DNA of 63,206 nt, filler included, from Cercozoa sp. M6MM (taxonomy: Eukaryota > Protista > Endomyxa: Ascetosporea), in assembly GCA_040357565.1 (NCBI GenBank). It is 12 parts of 12 records of this genome, joined end to end, with 100 filler letters (N's around TTAATTAATTAA, not from the genome) between each part and the next. Parts side by side here need not be neighbours in the genome. Positions count along the whole stretch, not along the records: positions 20,287 to 40,143 come from JBDODJ010000203.1; 11 more parts are not named here. One strand, written 5' to 3'. The notes under the pieces were generated by a model. The model saw nothing but the letters and a program-made list of their open reading frames with translations, ran no database searches and was not told where the DNA came from. This document shows positions 25,278 through 39,388 of this stretch, piece by piece (positions within the stretch are counted from its first letter, which is position 1; every line of letters begins with the position of its first letter). The translations under genes were made by a program, and so were the position numbers.

Positions 25278-26544
25278 CTACTCAGTCGCCGACGTGGCCT
25301 CAGCCTCGGCCTCGGCCTTAGCGGCGACCTCCGTCTCGGCCTCGGACTTCTGCGCGGCCTCGAGCTCCTCGTACTGTAGAACGACACACGGTACACGGTA
25401 CACGCGACAGGCAGAGGTATAAACACAGATAAACACATATGAATACGACAACACGCATGGGTCGTACCGTGTACACGGCGTCCATTCCTTGAGTGACCTC
25501 ATAGCGCTGGTACAAATCCTTGTCAGTGATGTGCCACATCTTGAACGCATTGCCCGTGTCTGTGTATGATTTTGCACAAGCGCACGGTGAAACAGTAACA
25601 ACAGGGTGAGAAAGATAGAGAGAAAGACAAGTCACCAATGATGCGCTCGAACAGTTCGTCGCTCGGGTCGTTGATGGCGTCGGCCAGCTCGAGCGTACCG
25701 GGCTGTCCAAGAGATATTAATCCTCAAGATGCCGCTGACATAGTACACTATGAGATGGGAGGATACGGCGTAGCTCGCGTTCTCGACGACGTCCCTGAGC
25801 GCAAGCGCGCGCGTCTGCAGCGTCGGCATGCCGGGCACATCGGCCGGGTCAGAGAACCACGTGGACAGTTCCAGCTGTGCGTTGACGAACTAAACACACA
25901 AACATGTCCATGTCAATGTGCTTGGCTTTGCAGGAACAGGAGAGGAACACGTACATTGTACAGGAAGACAGAACCGTAGCCAGCGGTGAAAGCAGCTGAA
26001 GAAAACACTTGTCCTTTCCAAGGAAGGCAAAGGGAGGCAAGAAACAAAAACACACCCCAGTTGAATCGTCTCTGCAGACGCAGGTTGATGGGTCTGTAGA
26101 GCGACTTGAAACCCGGCCAGCCAAGTGGCCGCAGCAGGCCCTACCACAGAGAAAATCTGTCTTATTAACCAACACACAAACACACGCACGGAAGCGACGT
26201 GAGACACGGCTTACATAGGCAGCGATCGGCGACAAAGCAAACAGCACGAACATGAACGAGCCATCGACGAGTGTCGGCGCTACCACACGCTTCGTGTAGT
26301 ACTGTCCAGCCGTGTAGCCTGGCACCGGCGCCGCCGAGTGCACCTAAGCAAAGCGCACGTCGATCAGTTGGCCACAATCCAAGAACAAGGACACCGAAAG
26401 TGAAAGCGTAGAAAGCAACAAGAAAAATAATTTTAGAGCAGCACAACGCACGTATCGCGGGTACAGAGCACGGCCCTTGAGTCCACCGGAGTTGCGGAAG
26501 TTGAAGCCGGCGTTCCACACGTCCTCAGGAAGAAACACCTTCAT
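25278..26544 (-). CDS. Hypothetical multi-exon protein with a central hydrophobic segment and an E/A-rich tail
   Basis: MKVFLPEDVWNAGFNFRNSGGLKGRALYPRY...FMFVLFALSPIAAY...EAEAEATSATE*; GT-AG introns, GC-rich third codon positions. Confidence 0.65.
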
Positions 26545-26903
26545 CGCGAAACTGCTAGTGGTGTGCCGTGCCGATGCACACACTCGTACGAATACAGTGC
26601 AGCGCAGAAAGGTGACCGATTGGCGTCAGGGCCAGCTGATCACACACTTAAAATAGTTTTTTGTTTGATCGACTTGTGTATGATGCTTAGTGTGCGATGT
26701 GTTCACTATTTTGGTTCAGAGTTGTTACATAACGCAAGATTGCAGGACTCTCTGCGTATGGAACAGACCCCGAAGACATGGCGTGGTCGCCTTGTCTTGG
26801 CAAGCGGCGTTCCTCGGGTCACAAAAGAGCGCGTGTTTTCACCCCGAGCGCTCCACCTTGTCGGGTGATTTGAACAAGTTACTGAGGGCGAAACGCGACA
26901 AGA

Positions 26904-28014
26904 ATGTTGTTGTCGCTCATTGCGCTGTGTCTGGCGGCAGTAGCGAAGGCCGGGCCTTACGTGAATCACCTTCCTTTTTGTATGTTTATATTTGGCAGCT
27001 GAAGTGTGTTCGTTTGCCAGTGTTTCGAATTCTCTTCGTCCTGCAAGACCTGCGCCGCTCAACCGGGCTGTGGTTGGTGTGGCTTCAGCGGCGGCAACCT
27101 GTACATCGATTTTTAGTCTATTATAGCACATCCATTTCAACGGATACAGGTATTCTGGCACATGCGTCGAAGCCACGGATTTATACTGTCCTGGACACCT
27201 ATACTACCCGTATATGGATGCCTCTCAGTGCAAGGTACAGTGCTTTTCAGATTTTTCAATATATCTCTGTGGTGTCGGTTTTGAGATGACTACGTGTTGT
27301 TGTGTTGCGGGCTAAGGCTCAGGCAACGCACACGAGTCCGACGAGTAACGGTAGCTCCGGGACCGGTGACCTGGGTTTTGATTCCACTTGCTCGTTGAAC
27401 ACGGTGCCATTGTCTTTAAATTCGTGTGATGTTGCTGTTCTGTTCTGTATCTGGTACTAGAGTATTTGGCTGCTGTAGTCGTGCGAGGAATGTACCAAGG
27501 CTCAATGCGACTGGTGCAGCGGGAGCGACATGTGTGTTCAGTGGGCGTCATCGTGTCCCTGTAACGATTTATTTCTTTTCTTGGACGCAGTGACTTATTT
27601 GTCACCGCGAATACGAAATCAAATTGTGCAGTCGATGACTCGGTGATTTTGTCTGAAAGTAGCTGTCCCTATTCAACGGGAACCATTGTGGTACACTGAG
27701 ACGATGACTTTCTCTATGCACTGTATAAAAACAAACGCACATATAGGCCATTGCGGTCGGTGCGGCAGTGGCCTTACTCGTGAGTGCAGTTGTCGTGGGC
27801 GGGTACCGTTCTTTAACATTTGGACAACTTCAAACACCTCCAGTCAATTTAATGGGTGTGTCGTAGCTGCATAGTGCACCACCGTCGCAAGCGTCGCAGC
27901 ATGCTGATAGCTCGCTTCGTACTTTTCGTGTTTCTCTTTGAACTGGGAATCATACCATTGTCTTTTTGTCTCCAGAAAGACAACGAAATGCAGCAACAAA
28001 TTGTAAATGCGCTC

Positions 28015-28063
<49 letters not shown>

Positions 28064-28073
28064 NNNNNNNNNN

Positions 28074-28135
<62 letters not shown>

Positions 28136-29002
28136 CAAATGCGGTGTGAGCAGGTCGAAGTGCACCCTGCCATGCCGACCATTGTACCCCAGCCTCAGCA
28201 GCAGAGCAGCGCAATGCCACCGACACAGACATTCATGCCGCGCGAGTATTCCTACTACGCTCTCTGTGTCTAAGGGTGTAGATTTCACACATGTACGTAC
28301 CGCAGGACGAATGACCCGAGCGCCTTTGCACCATTGCCGTTGACGCCTTTGTTCGCACACCAGATGTTCCAAGCCACGTTGCAGCACAGTGGTATCCATG
28401 CGGATCTCTCATACGTTACCGAATAGATGCGAACAAGTGCACCTGTGTAGATGTCAACGTGGAACAGCAGTTCTGGACTGCGACACCAGATGGCTTGCTA
28501 TCCTGCACAGCGCCGAGCGCACAGGCCTGCGAGGTGTTCCGCTTTGTCCCAGTCGCCGTGCCGGTTGGTACATCTCCACCACTTACACATGACTCTTGAC
28601 TTTTGTGTATCAACCTAGTATAAGCACTCCCGGTGTACAGAGGGCGAAATCGACGAGGACCAGTCGCTCAAGTACCATGTGCAGACTGCGCACGGGCAGT
28701 ACCTCGGTGTGCTGTCCGACGGCTCCATTGGTACACAGACTGCTCGATGCTTCTCGTGCAAGTTGATTCTTCTGGAGTGTGCAGGATGCGCACCCTCCAC
28801 ACTGGGCCTGTGCGTGTTCGAAGTGGAACCCTCCAGCGATGGATCGCCGCGTGTCATTCTCTACGCGTGCGGAGACCATGGCCATGGCTCGCAGGCACTC
28901 GGCCTGGACAGCATGTATCGCGTCGTTCTCGCCACTGGCGCGTCGAACCCGCCGCCGCTGTTCTGGCTCAACATTGTCGCCAGCGGTGACTCGTCGTGCT
29001 AA
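26904..29002 (+). CDS. Type-I membrane protein: signal peptide, two PSI-like Cys-rich domains, TM helix, cytoplasmic fascin-like domain
   Basis: MLLSLIALCLAAVAKA; CFEFSSSCKTCAAQPGCGWC; CSLNTSCEECTKAQCDWCSGSDMCV; TM IVAIAVGAAVALLVSAVVVGGCIV then HHRRKRR; FWTATPDGLLSC..ACEVF and YHVQTAHGQYLGV. Confidence 0.7.
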
Positions 29003-29450
29003 TACAAAAAAACTAAGGAACGTAAGAAAGACTGTTCTAGATCTTGGAGGGAGAGTGGCCAAAGTGTCAGTTAGAAAGAGTGAGATACCCCAACGGTTCA
29101 GTGGGCGGCAAAGCACTGGTGGGCGGGAAAGACACTCGTCAGATGTTGTTTCTGGAACGGACAGTCAGAGTAGTGAGGATTCATAAGTACTTGAGTTGGC
29201 GTGAAGTGAGGAAGAAGAAAGAAGAATGGTCTCTGGAAGGCAGATATCGACGCCATTTCTTTCTTCTTGGACTCAAGTACCTCTGAACCCTTACTACTCC
29301 GTTCTGATGACGCTTTTCTGTCTCAAAAACCTTTTACTCACTGTCCTTTCTACAGTTACTACACGATCTGACTTGTGTGACGGAAGATTCCGTCGACAAC
29401 TCCTTCTAGTTTGACGTAAGAACCCAGTTGGGTTCTTTTCACTGACGAAC
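29003..29450. mobile_element. Degenerate dispersed-repeat copy with an adjacent inverted partial copy
   Basis: 29003-29245 aligns with the reverse complement of about 48920-49105; about 29250-29400 is a diverged inverted copy of about 29135-29230. Confidence 0.6.
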
Positions 29451-29899
29451 GTCAGTAACAATTATTAGCTCTATGCTACAGTAACTCGAATACCCTCGGC
29501 TACCGGCGTTCGGTTGCTTGTGTACATTCAAATTCACAGGTTTAGTTAGTTCCGTCTGCTCATCATTGCAATCATTGCAGCGTGCCATCGCGCGTCAAGA
29601 AGTAAGCAGCAAGGGCTCCGACAAAAGCGCCGATTTGATTCACTGAAAGACAGGGCAAATCAAGTCAAAAAGCCAGGGTAAAGGGGAGGCGGAACTAAAT
29701 TTATTATACCTGTGCCAACGACACGTGTGACATGTTCTCCTTTGTGTTGCGGCAAAATGCGCTCCGCCACCGCTACAAGTGGACGGACTCGGTGCACGTC
29801 GTTCGAAAACAAAAACTAGACAGGGGTACCGATCCACACGGCAGTCGAAATGAAGCCGTACAGTAATTGATACCCGCCGTTCACCATGCTGCACAGAAG

Positions 29900-32222
<2,323 letters not shown>

Positions 32223-32514
32223 TTCGATCGCTGTCTCAGGAGGTCACACAGGTCGCACGTGATCTTTATTTGCGAAACGACTCAAGTGCCTCACTACACG
32301 GTCAAACGACCGAACAGGCTGGTGGAAGGGTCTTAGGGCCGGGCAAACTGTCCAAAAATCAAAACTCCGACACAGTCTGCCCAGATGATGCCAGCAGTTT
32401 CTCCAAGTTCGTCCAAACGTACAAAAAGACTAAATAAAATCGTCACAATTATCATTAAGGAAAACGACCACTACTGAGCGGCGTGTGCGTGTGTCCATTG
32501 AGTTTTAGTTCAAA

Positions 32515-33558
32515 ATGGCCGGTTTGGAGGCCGATTTGGCCGCGTTTGAGGCGGAACTGGCACAACTCGAGGCGGCTGACCCCGAGATTGCCGCCGAGCT
32601 GGCCAAGGTCGAGGCAGAAGACAGGGCCTCGAGCGAGAAACAGAAGCAACAGAAGGAAGAGAAGAAGAAGGAAAAGACTGCGCTTGCGATTGACCTCAAA
32701 ACTGCAGGTGTGTGTGTTTTAGAACGTTTCAAATGGGAGCAGGTGTGATTGTTTTATTGTGTGTTGGTTTGCAGTGGTAGGTGGCTCCTCCAGCGCCGTA
32801 ATCTCGGGTGATGCGCAGTCGGTCAAGGTGCGACATGACGCGGACAAAAGCTACGTCATTTCGACAACCGAACCATCACCGTCTGGCTCGTCAGGCGGGC
32901 CTTCCAATGTGCAGGCTCCGGTGGCAAGACCGCTGCCGTCAGTGTCGGGCATTGGGCCCGGCATGCCACCCAACATTGGCCCCTCTGGTACCTGCTGCAG
33001 CTTACACCCTGGAGTGCCTTCTGTACAGTCGACTTGCGCAGGTCCTCCCGGCAGCGATACGTCGAGACTACCGCCTGCTCTTGCCGCCCAGATGGGTGAC
33101 TTTATCCTTGTGTGTGTACAGATATGTATAGGTGTGTATCATTGTGTGAGACAGGCATCTCGGCCTTGGCGTCCAGTACTGTGAAGCAAGACCCGTATGT
33201 TCTTACGCTATACTGCCCTTGTTCCTATGTGTAACGTGTGTTGTGTATTGTGTGCATGTGCATGCCTGTGTGTGCAGGTACAACCGAGTGATCGCAGCGG
33301 ACCGATTCATGACGCAGCGACTGCAGCGGCAAAGTGGACCAGCCGGTTTGTCGCAGGGTTCTGCTGTACTCCCTCCAACACTGGATATCTATCCACACAT
33401 ACACACACACACACATACATACACATATATTATATATATATATATTATGTATGTATTTATGTGTGCAGTCGACGGACTCTTTGAAGAAGCGAAAGGAGAT
33501 CCAAGAGAATGCCTTGGTACACAAGGACACAGTCGATATATATATACATCTATATCTA

Positions 33559-33589
<31 letters not shown>

Positions 33590-34303
33590 GTGTGTGCTTA
33601 TAATATATTATGTATAAGTATGTACATGCGTGTGCGTGGACAGCTGTCCAAAACACTGCGCGAGGCCGGTGGCCAGGCCTGGGTCGACAAGACGCTGGCC
33701 GACTGGCCCAGCAACGACCACCGCATCTTTGTCGGCGACCTCGGTAACGAAGTCGGCGACGCCGTGCTGGCTGAGGTACTTGCTTACTTTCCCTCCGTCC
33801 CGTTTGCCTCTTACCCCCATCCCTTTAGTCCCTCTTACCTCCCGTTACACTTAATCCCACAGGCCTTTGCCAAGTACAAGAGTTTTGCCAAAGCGCGTGT
33901 CGTGCGAAACGCGCTCACGGGCAAGTCGCGTGGCTACGGCTTCGTGTCTTTCCTGGACCCGAATGACTTTGTCAAGGTACAGGGCCGCCCCCCCCCTCCT
34001 TTCAGCGCTTCAGTACCTCCCCAGTACCTCCAGTGAACACGTATGTTTGTTTTGCAAAGGCGATGCGCGAGATGAACGGCGCTTACATCGGCAACCGTCC
34101 CTGCAAGCTGCGAAAGAGCAACTGGCAGAAACGCTCGGCTGGCATGTACGTTGCCCCCCCCCCGTCTTTGACTCGACTTTAACTGTTGTTTGTTGTTTGT
34201 GTGGCACAGGGGCAGCAGTAAGCAGAAGAAACGCGCGCTCAAGCATGCCGCCATGGCCAAGAGAACCAAGGTGCACGAGCGGCGCTACATGCTACCGCAG
34301 TAG
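32515..34303 (+). CDS. RBM42: RNA-binding motif protein 42 (tri-snRNP RRM protein)
   Basis: REAGGQAWVDKTLADWPSNDHRIFVGDLGNEV...KSRGYGFVSFLDPNDFVKAMREMNGAYIGNRPCKLRKSNW. Confidence 0.93.
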
Positions 34304-34509
34304 CCCTCGCCTTACCGTACCCCCCGAGAACCAGGGTAGCGTTAATACGGGCATAACTACCGTACGCAAAAATATGACTAAACTGGCAATTATGCTAATT
34401 ACGTCAAAATTATGCATAAATTACGCACCGGCATCTGCAAAGCCGCAAGTGCAAAAAAGGCTAGTATAATCAAGCCGGTACCGTGGTGTTCAAATAGACT
34501 CAACTGCTT

Positions 34510-35607
34510 CTATTCAGGAGTGGTTGCCAGGTGCGACTCAGTCGGCGAACGAAGCGCTGCATCAGGCTCAGGGCCCGTCGGAACAAAGTCGATACCGACG
34601 AGGAAATATTCGCGACTGAAATCTCGCGTGCTTTTCGGCTTGAAGCGCTTGAGCTGCTTGAAACGCTGCTGTATTCTCTCTTCGATCTCTTGCTTCTATA
34701 CAACAACAAACAAACGTGGGGTTTGGCGGTACAGTATCACGAGTTACTTTGATGTACAAAAGGTTACCTCTGAACAGTCAAATACTTTCAACACAACGTT
34801 TCCGCGCGGTTTCAGCAGTTTCTCTGCCACGTCGAGTGCCATGTGACACTGTCCAACCACAGGCGTCCAAAGAGCTCAACAAAAACAAGCTGCATGCATA
34901 CCAAATCGACAGATGCGACACCGTCAACAAAAGCGTTGCCTGTTGTGTTCGGTGCCATGTCGCTGAAGTAAAAATGCAAGAAGCACATAGGCGCGAAAGA
35001 AAACGGCAAAAGGAGGTACCTAATCACATGCGTGCAGTTGCCAGTCAGCTCTCCAGGTGCTTCCTTTCGCCAATCCTGTGTTCCAGCCAACGAGTGTGGA
35101 AGCAACAATATTACAGGGATCTCGAGGAATCAAGGCAGGTACGTTAATGTCAGCGACAACGGATTTGATTTGTGGCGCGAACTTGGTGGTTTGACTGAGA
35201 GGTTTCAGATCCTGTGCCGACAGATAGCACATACACACAAGTCGTCAAGTAGACGATGGAGGCTACCACTCCGAAAACCGAGCCATTCTTGCCGACCTTT
35301 TCGGCAGCGTACATGCTCCAGGAACCCGGTGAACAACCCAAGTCTGCATCCAGACAGAAGATACTTGCCCTTGTAAGACAACGAAGTCAAAGGACAGGTA
35401 CCAACGACCTGCTTCGCTTTGAGAGGTCGAGAGAACAACTTGAATTTCTTATCGATTTCCTGCAGCTTGAAAACGCTTCGCGCAGGGTAGCCTTTCCTTC
35501 GCGCCTGTTCAACACGGCATTGTAAGACCACCTGCCTGATTCTGTCAGATCGATCTGACCTCTTTCGTGAAGAAGTCAGCGCGAACTTGCTTGCTTTTAA
35601 GCGACAT
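34510..35607 (-). CDS. RlmE/FtsJ-family rRNA 2'-O-methyltransferase
   Basis: ARRKGYPARSVFKLQEID, DLGCSPGSW, GVDL, SDMAPNTTG, VLKVF, KPKSTR..SREYFLVG; K-D-K-E tetrad present. Confidence 0.9.
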
Positions 35608-35996
35608 TGGTATCCTCACACCTCGGCGTCGACTCGCGCGATCGCCCCCACAGGTAAGTTGTACTCTTTTCGCTTCAAGTTGTTTCAAAGTTGAAAAACA
35701 CTTGAATGTAAAGTGCTGAGACCGAGAGACCCAACAGCATGAAAACTTGAATAAATTGCCTTGACGCAGTACTTGTACATCAATCCAGAAGGCAGAATGT
35801 TGTTGTTGACCATTCTGCATTCTCCTTTGTGAACAAGTGGCTACAAACTGCTACAAGTGTGCAATCAGTGGGTGCCCTGAAGTAACGGGAAATCCCTTGT
35901 GCGCCCACGTGTGTGCACGATCGCATAGCACAGTTGGCATTTGCGTACAGCGTCTATTGCTGTGTGGCGAAAGCAAAAACACACGAGCCACGCGCG

Positions 35997-37560
35997 ATGG
36001 CACATTTGTCCGGTCTGACGTCGCTTGGCTCTGGCGTCACAGTCTCGTACGTGCCTGTGTTTCCTCTTTACCCCTCCCCCGACGTCTGTTTATTGTGCGC
36101 AGTGAGGAGCTGGAGCGCGTGCTTGCCAAAAGGCAGGCGACGCGCGGCGTCAAGGCTGTGCTGGAGGGAGAGACACTCGCGCTGGCGCAGCACTTCCACG
36201 GCGTCGCGGCGCGTGATGTTTGTAACTTACCCCCCCCCCTCCCCCCCTTTACCCCTTTACCCCCTTACCTCTCCCTTTACTTCCCTTTTATGCCAGATGG
36301 CGGTGTGGATACGTCGTCGCGACTGGGCTCGTCGTCGTCGGCGTGGTCGCGTGACTCCTCGGGCAAGTGGGTCGGTCCCTCGGGCCACTCCTCCTCCGGT
36401 AGGCACTAAGGGGATAAACAGAGGAGTCAACAGATGGGTAAGTGAGACAGCTGTGTTTGTGTAGCCAGGTCGACCGTGTCTTCAAACAGCGCTCGCGTCG
36501 TGTTGCTGCACTACTCACCCGACGGCGCCACCACTGGTTCTTACCCCCCCTCACGCACCCCTTTACCCCTACTCTTACCCTTATCCCCTATCTCCTTATC
36601 CCTTATCTCCTTATCCACGTATCCCTTATCCCTTACCCCCGAGCAGAGCAACGCATGGTGAGCGCCTCGTCGAAGAGTGCGCTGACGGCGAAACTGCCCG
36701 ACTCGGCCGAGTTGGTCTTTGCCTCGTCGCCTGAGGAGTTCAGCGACAAGCTTGTATGGTCTTTCTTGCCCCCTTTACCCCTTTAAACCCCTCTTAACTC
36801 TCTTTGACCCCTTTAACCCACATTTAACCCCTTTAATCCTACCCCTTTAGGACGCGCTTGTGCGAGGCACGGCGACCAGCGCAGGCACCGACTGTCGCAG
36901 CGAGTACGAGCGGCAGCGCGACGAGGACGACAAGCACGTCGAGCGCATGTAGTTCACCTCCCCCCCGCTTTACCCCCTTTACCCCCCCTCCCCTACCCTC
37001 CCTCCAGGAAGAAAGCAACGCCGCACCAGGCGAGTTTCTTGACGCAGATGCACGCTGCTGCCGCTGTGGGACAGTACTACAGACATCTTCCCCCCCCCCC
37101 CACCCTCGCTTTCTTTATTCCCCCCCCCCCCAGGATCAGAGCAGGCGCTGATCTACGCTCGCAGATCGACGCCTTCAATGCCAAGGTCAAGAGCGGCGAG
37201 GTCGACGTCGAAAGTACAGCGCCAAGTGTCGACCCGAAACTCCTGCGACCTGCCTCGAGTGGTTTCTTACCCCAACCTTCTTTACCCCACCCCTTTACCC
37301 CCGACCCCCTTTACCTCACCCTTCTTTACCCACCACCCCTACCCCTCCCAGGATCGTTATCATCGGCGCGCTACACTCCGAGTCGCGGCGGCGTGGTGAC
37401 TTCTTCCGGGTACTTCCGCACCCCATGTGAGGATGGGGCGATGTGGGATTTCAGCGGGACTTCAGTCGAGTTACTCCCTCTGCCTATGCAGCAACGTGAG
37501 CGCCAGCATCGCCGATCGCATGCGCATGTTCGAGCAGGGTTAAACGAGACCTCAAGATGA
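35997..37560 (+). CDS. Hypothetical multi-exon protein
   Basis: A consistent GT-AG splice path runs through TTTACCCC-rich introns; no family recognised. Confidence 0.55.
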
Positions 37561-38086
37561 TGCCATCATGACCAATCCGATCGAATCAACATTGTCCTCC
37601 CGTCAAGCCCAAAGCGAGTTACATTGTGCTGTTGCGGTACACATGTATAGTATGTAGTAAGTCTAGTTTAGTACCAACTTGTTACAGACTGACTCAGATT
37701 ATGCAGTCTCCGCGGGGATAAACCCAGACAGACCAGTTGGTCTCCCATCATTGAAGCAAAAGAGAAAGAAGAGTTAAGAGTTTGTGGCTCTACGATTGAG
37801 CCTGCCAGTTGGCAAAGAGAAAACCTCATCTACTTGGCATCAGCTGAGCGAAGGGGTTTTCTTGTTAAATAGTTCAGAGTTTTTTGGTGACCTAATTGGA
37901 CCCACTAAAGATACTCAGACGTGTGCACACACTACAAGGAAGCGCTAGAGCAGCCGAGTAGATCGATAAGCAGCACGCACCGACCTGACGCGCAAGAAGC
38001 CGAAAGACGCCAGACAACCTCAGGTATACTCTAGTGGCATACCTGGGAAACATGGCACGCGCTGGGCTCCTAAGGGCTCGCGTGTC

Positions 38087-39388
38087 ATGGACGACTTTTT
38101 GTTTGTGCTTGTTTGTGTGTTTTTCGGCTTCCCAACTTGTCATCAGATCATTGGCCTCACAGCCACCTCGGGCCTCACCGCCACCACTGGTTTCACCACC
38201 AACTCTGGCTTCACCGCCACCACTGGTTTCATCACCAACCCTGGCTTCACCGCCTCCTCTGGCCTCACCGCCACCACTGGTTTCACCACCAACCCTGGCT
38301 TCACCGCCACCACTGGTTTCATCACCAACTCTGGCTTCACCGCCACCACTGGTTTCACCACCAACTCTGGCCTCACCGCCACTACTGGTTTCACCACCAA
38401 CGCTAGCCTCACCGCTGCACCTGGCTTAACCGCCTCCTTTCGGCCTGACGGCCCAACACGACCTTCGGGTCCATACTGGCGTATGCAAAATCGTCACCAT
38501 TGGTTTCATCACCAAACGACTCCTTCGGGACTCCACCGTTGGTATTTCTACCAACCATGCCGGTTTAATACCCGCAAAGGCCTAACACCCAACGGCTTAA
38601 CCGCCAACTTTCGCTTAATTGCCAACAACGGCCTCAGTGCCACCCCCCACTCTGGCCTCACCGCCACAACTGGTTTCACCACCAACTCTGGCTTCACCGC
38701 CACCAATGGTTTCACCACCAACCCTGGCCTCACAGCCACCTCTGGCCTCACCGCCACCACTGGTTTCACCACCAACCCTGGTTTCACCACCAACTCTGGC
38801 TTCACCGCCACCACTGGTTTCACCACCAACCCTGGCTTCGCCGCCACCACTGGTTTCATCACCAACTCTGGCTTCACCGCCACCACTGGTTTCATCACCA
38901 ACCCTGGCCTCACAGCCACCTCTGGCCTCACCGCCACCACTGGTTTCACCACCACCACTGGTTTCACCACCAACTCTGGCTTCACCGCCACCACTAGTTT
39001 CATCGTTAATTATCATTGCTCTACGGCAAGGGCCAGTGCCAACGGGCTTAGCGCCTCTTACAACCATGCTCGCTTCAAAGCCAGCAAAGGCGCAACACCC
39101 AACCCCGGCCCCAGTCTGATCAATGCCACTTTGCGTGAACTCTGTTTGATACGCCCAACTAGGAGCTTCTGCGACCAAGCGGCGCGGAGATTCCGCCAAC
39201 GACCCACCGAGTTCACAGCAACAATGACACAATCTAAACAACACCTTGATGAGCAACTAACGTCGCTTGCACCCACTAAAAACCAACGAATCTTTAAACC
39301 AACCAGACGAGAACCCTATGGACCAAACCCGCCAACTAGGCACAACCTCCAAAACCACTACCGAAAATACACCCCAAGTGATGGTTAG
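38087..39388 (+). CDS. Putative ORF1 with Thr/Gly hexapeptide repeats (GFTATT/GFTTNS)
   Basis: The only frame open across both 18/36-bp repeat blocks; 433 aa. Confidence 0.5.
   Translation: MDDFLFVLVCVFFGFPTCHQIIGLTATSGLTATTGFTTNSGFTATTGFITNPGFTASSGLTATTGFTTNPGFTATTGFITNSGFTATTGFTTNSGLTATTGFTTNASLTAAPGLTASFRPDGPTRPSGPYWRMQNRHHWFHHQTTPSGLHRWYFYQPCRFNTRKGLTPNGLTANFRLIANNGLSATPHSGLTATTGFTTNSGFTATNGFTTNPGLTATSGLTATTGFTTNPGFTTNSGFTATTGFTTNPGFAATTGFITNSGFTATTGFITNPGLTATSGLTATTGFTTTTGFTTNSGFTATTSFIVNYHCSTARASANGLSASYNHARFKASKGATPNPGPSLINATLRELCLIRPTRSFCDQAARRFRQRPTEFTATMTQSKQHLDEQLTSLAPTKNQRIFKPTRREPYGPNPPTRHNLQNHYRKYTPSDG

Noticed and set aside
29300-29460. CTGATGA/CTGACGA as hammerhead ribozyme cores
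   Set aside because: I found no properly placed GAAA or three-stem junction.
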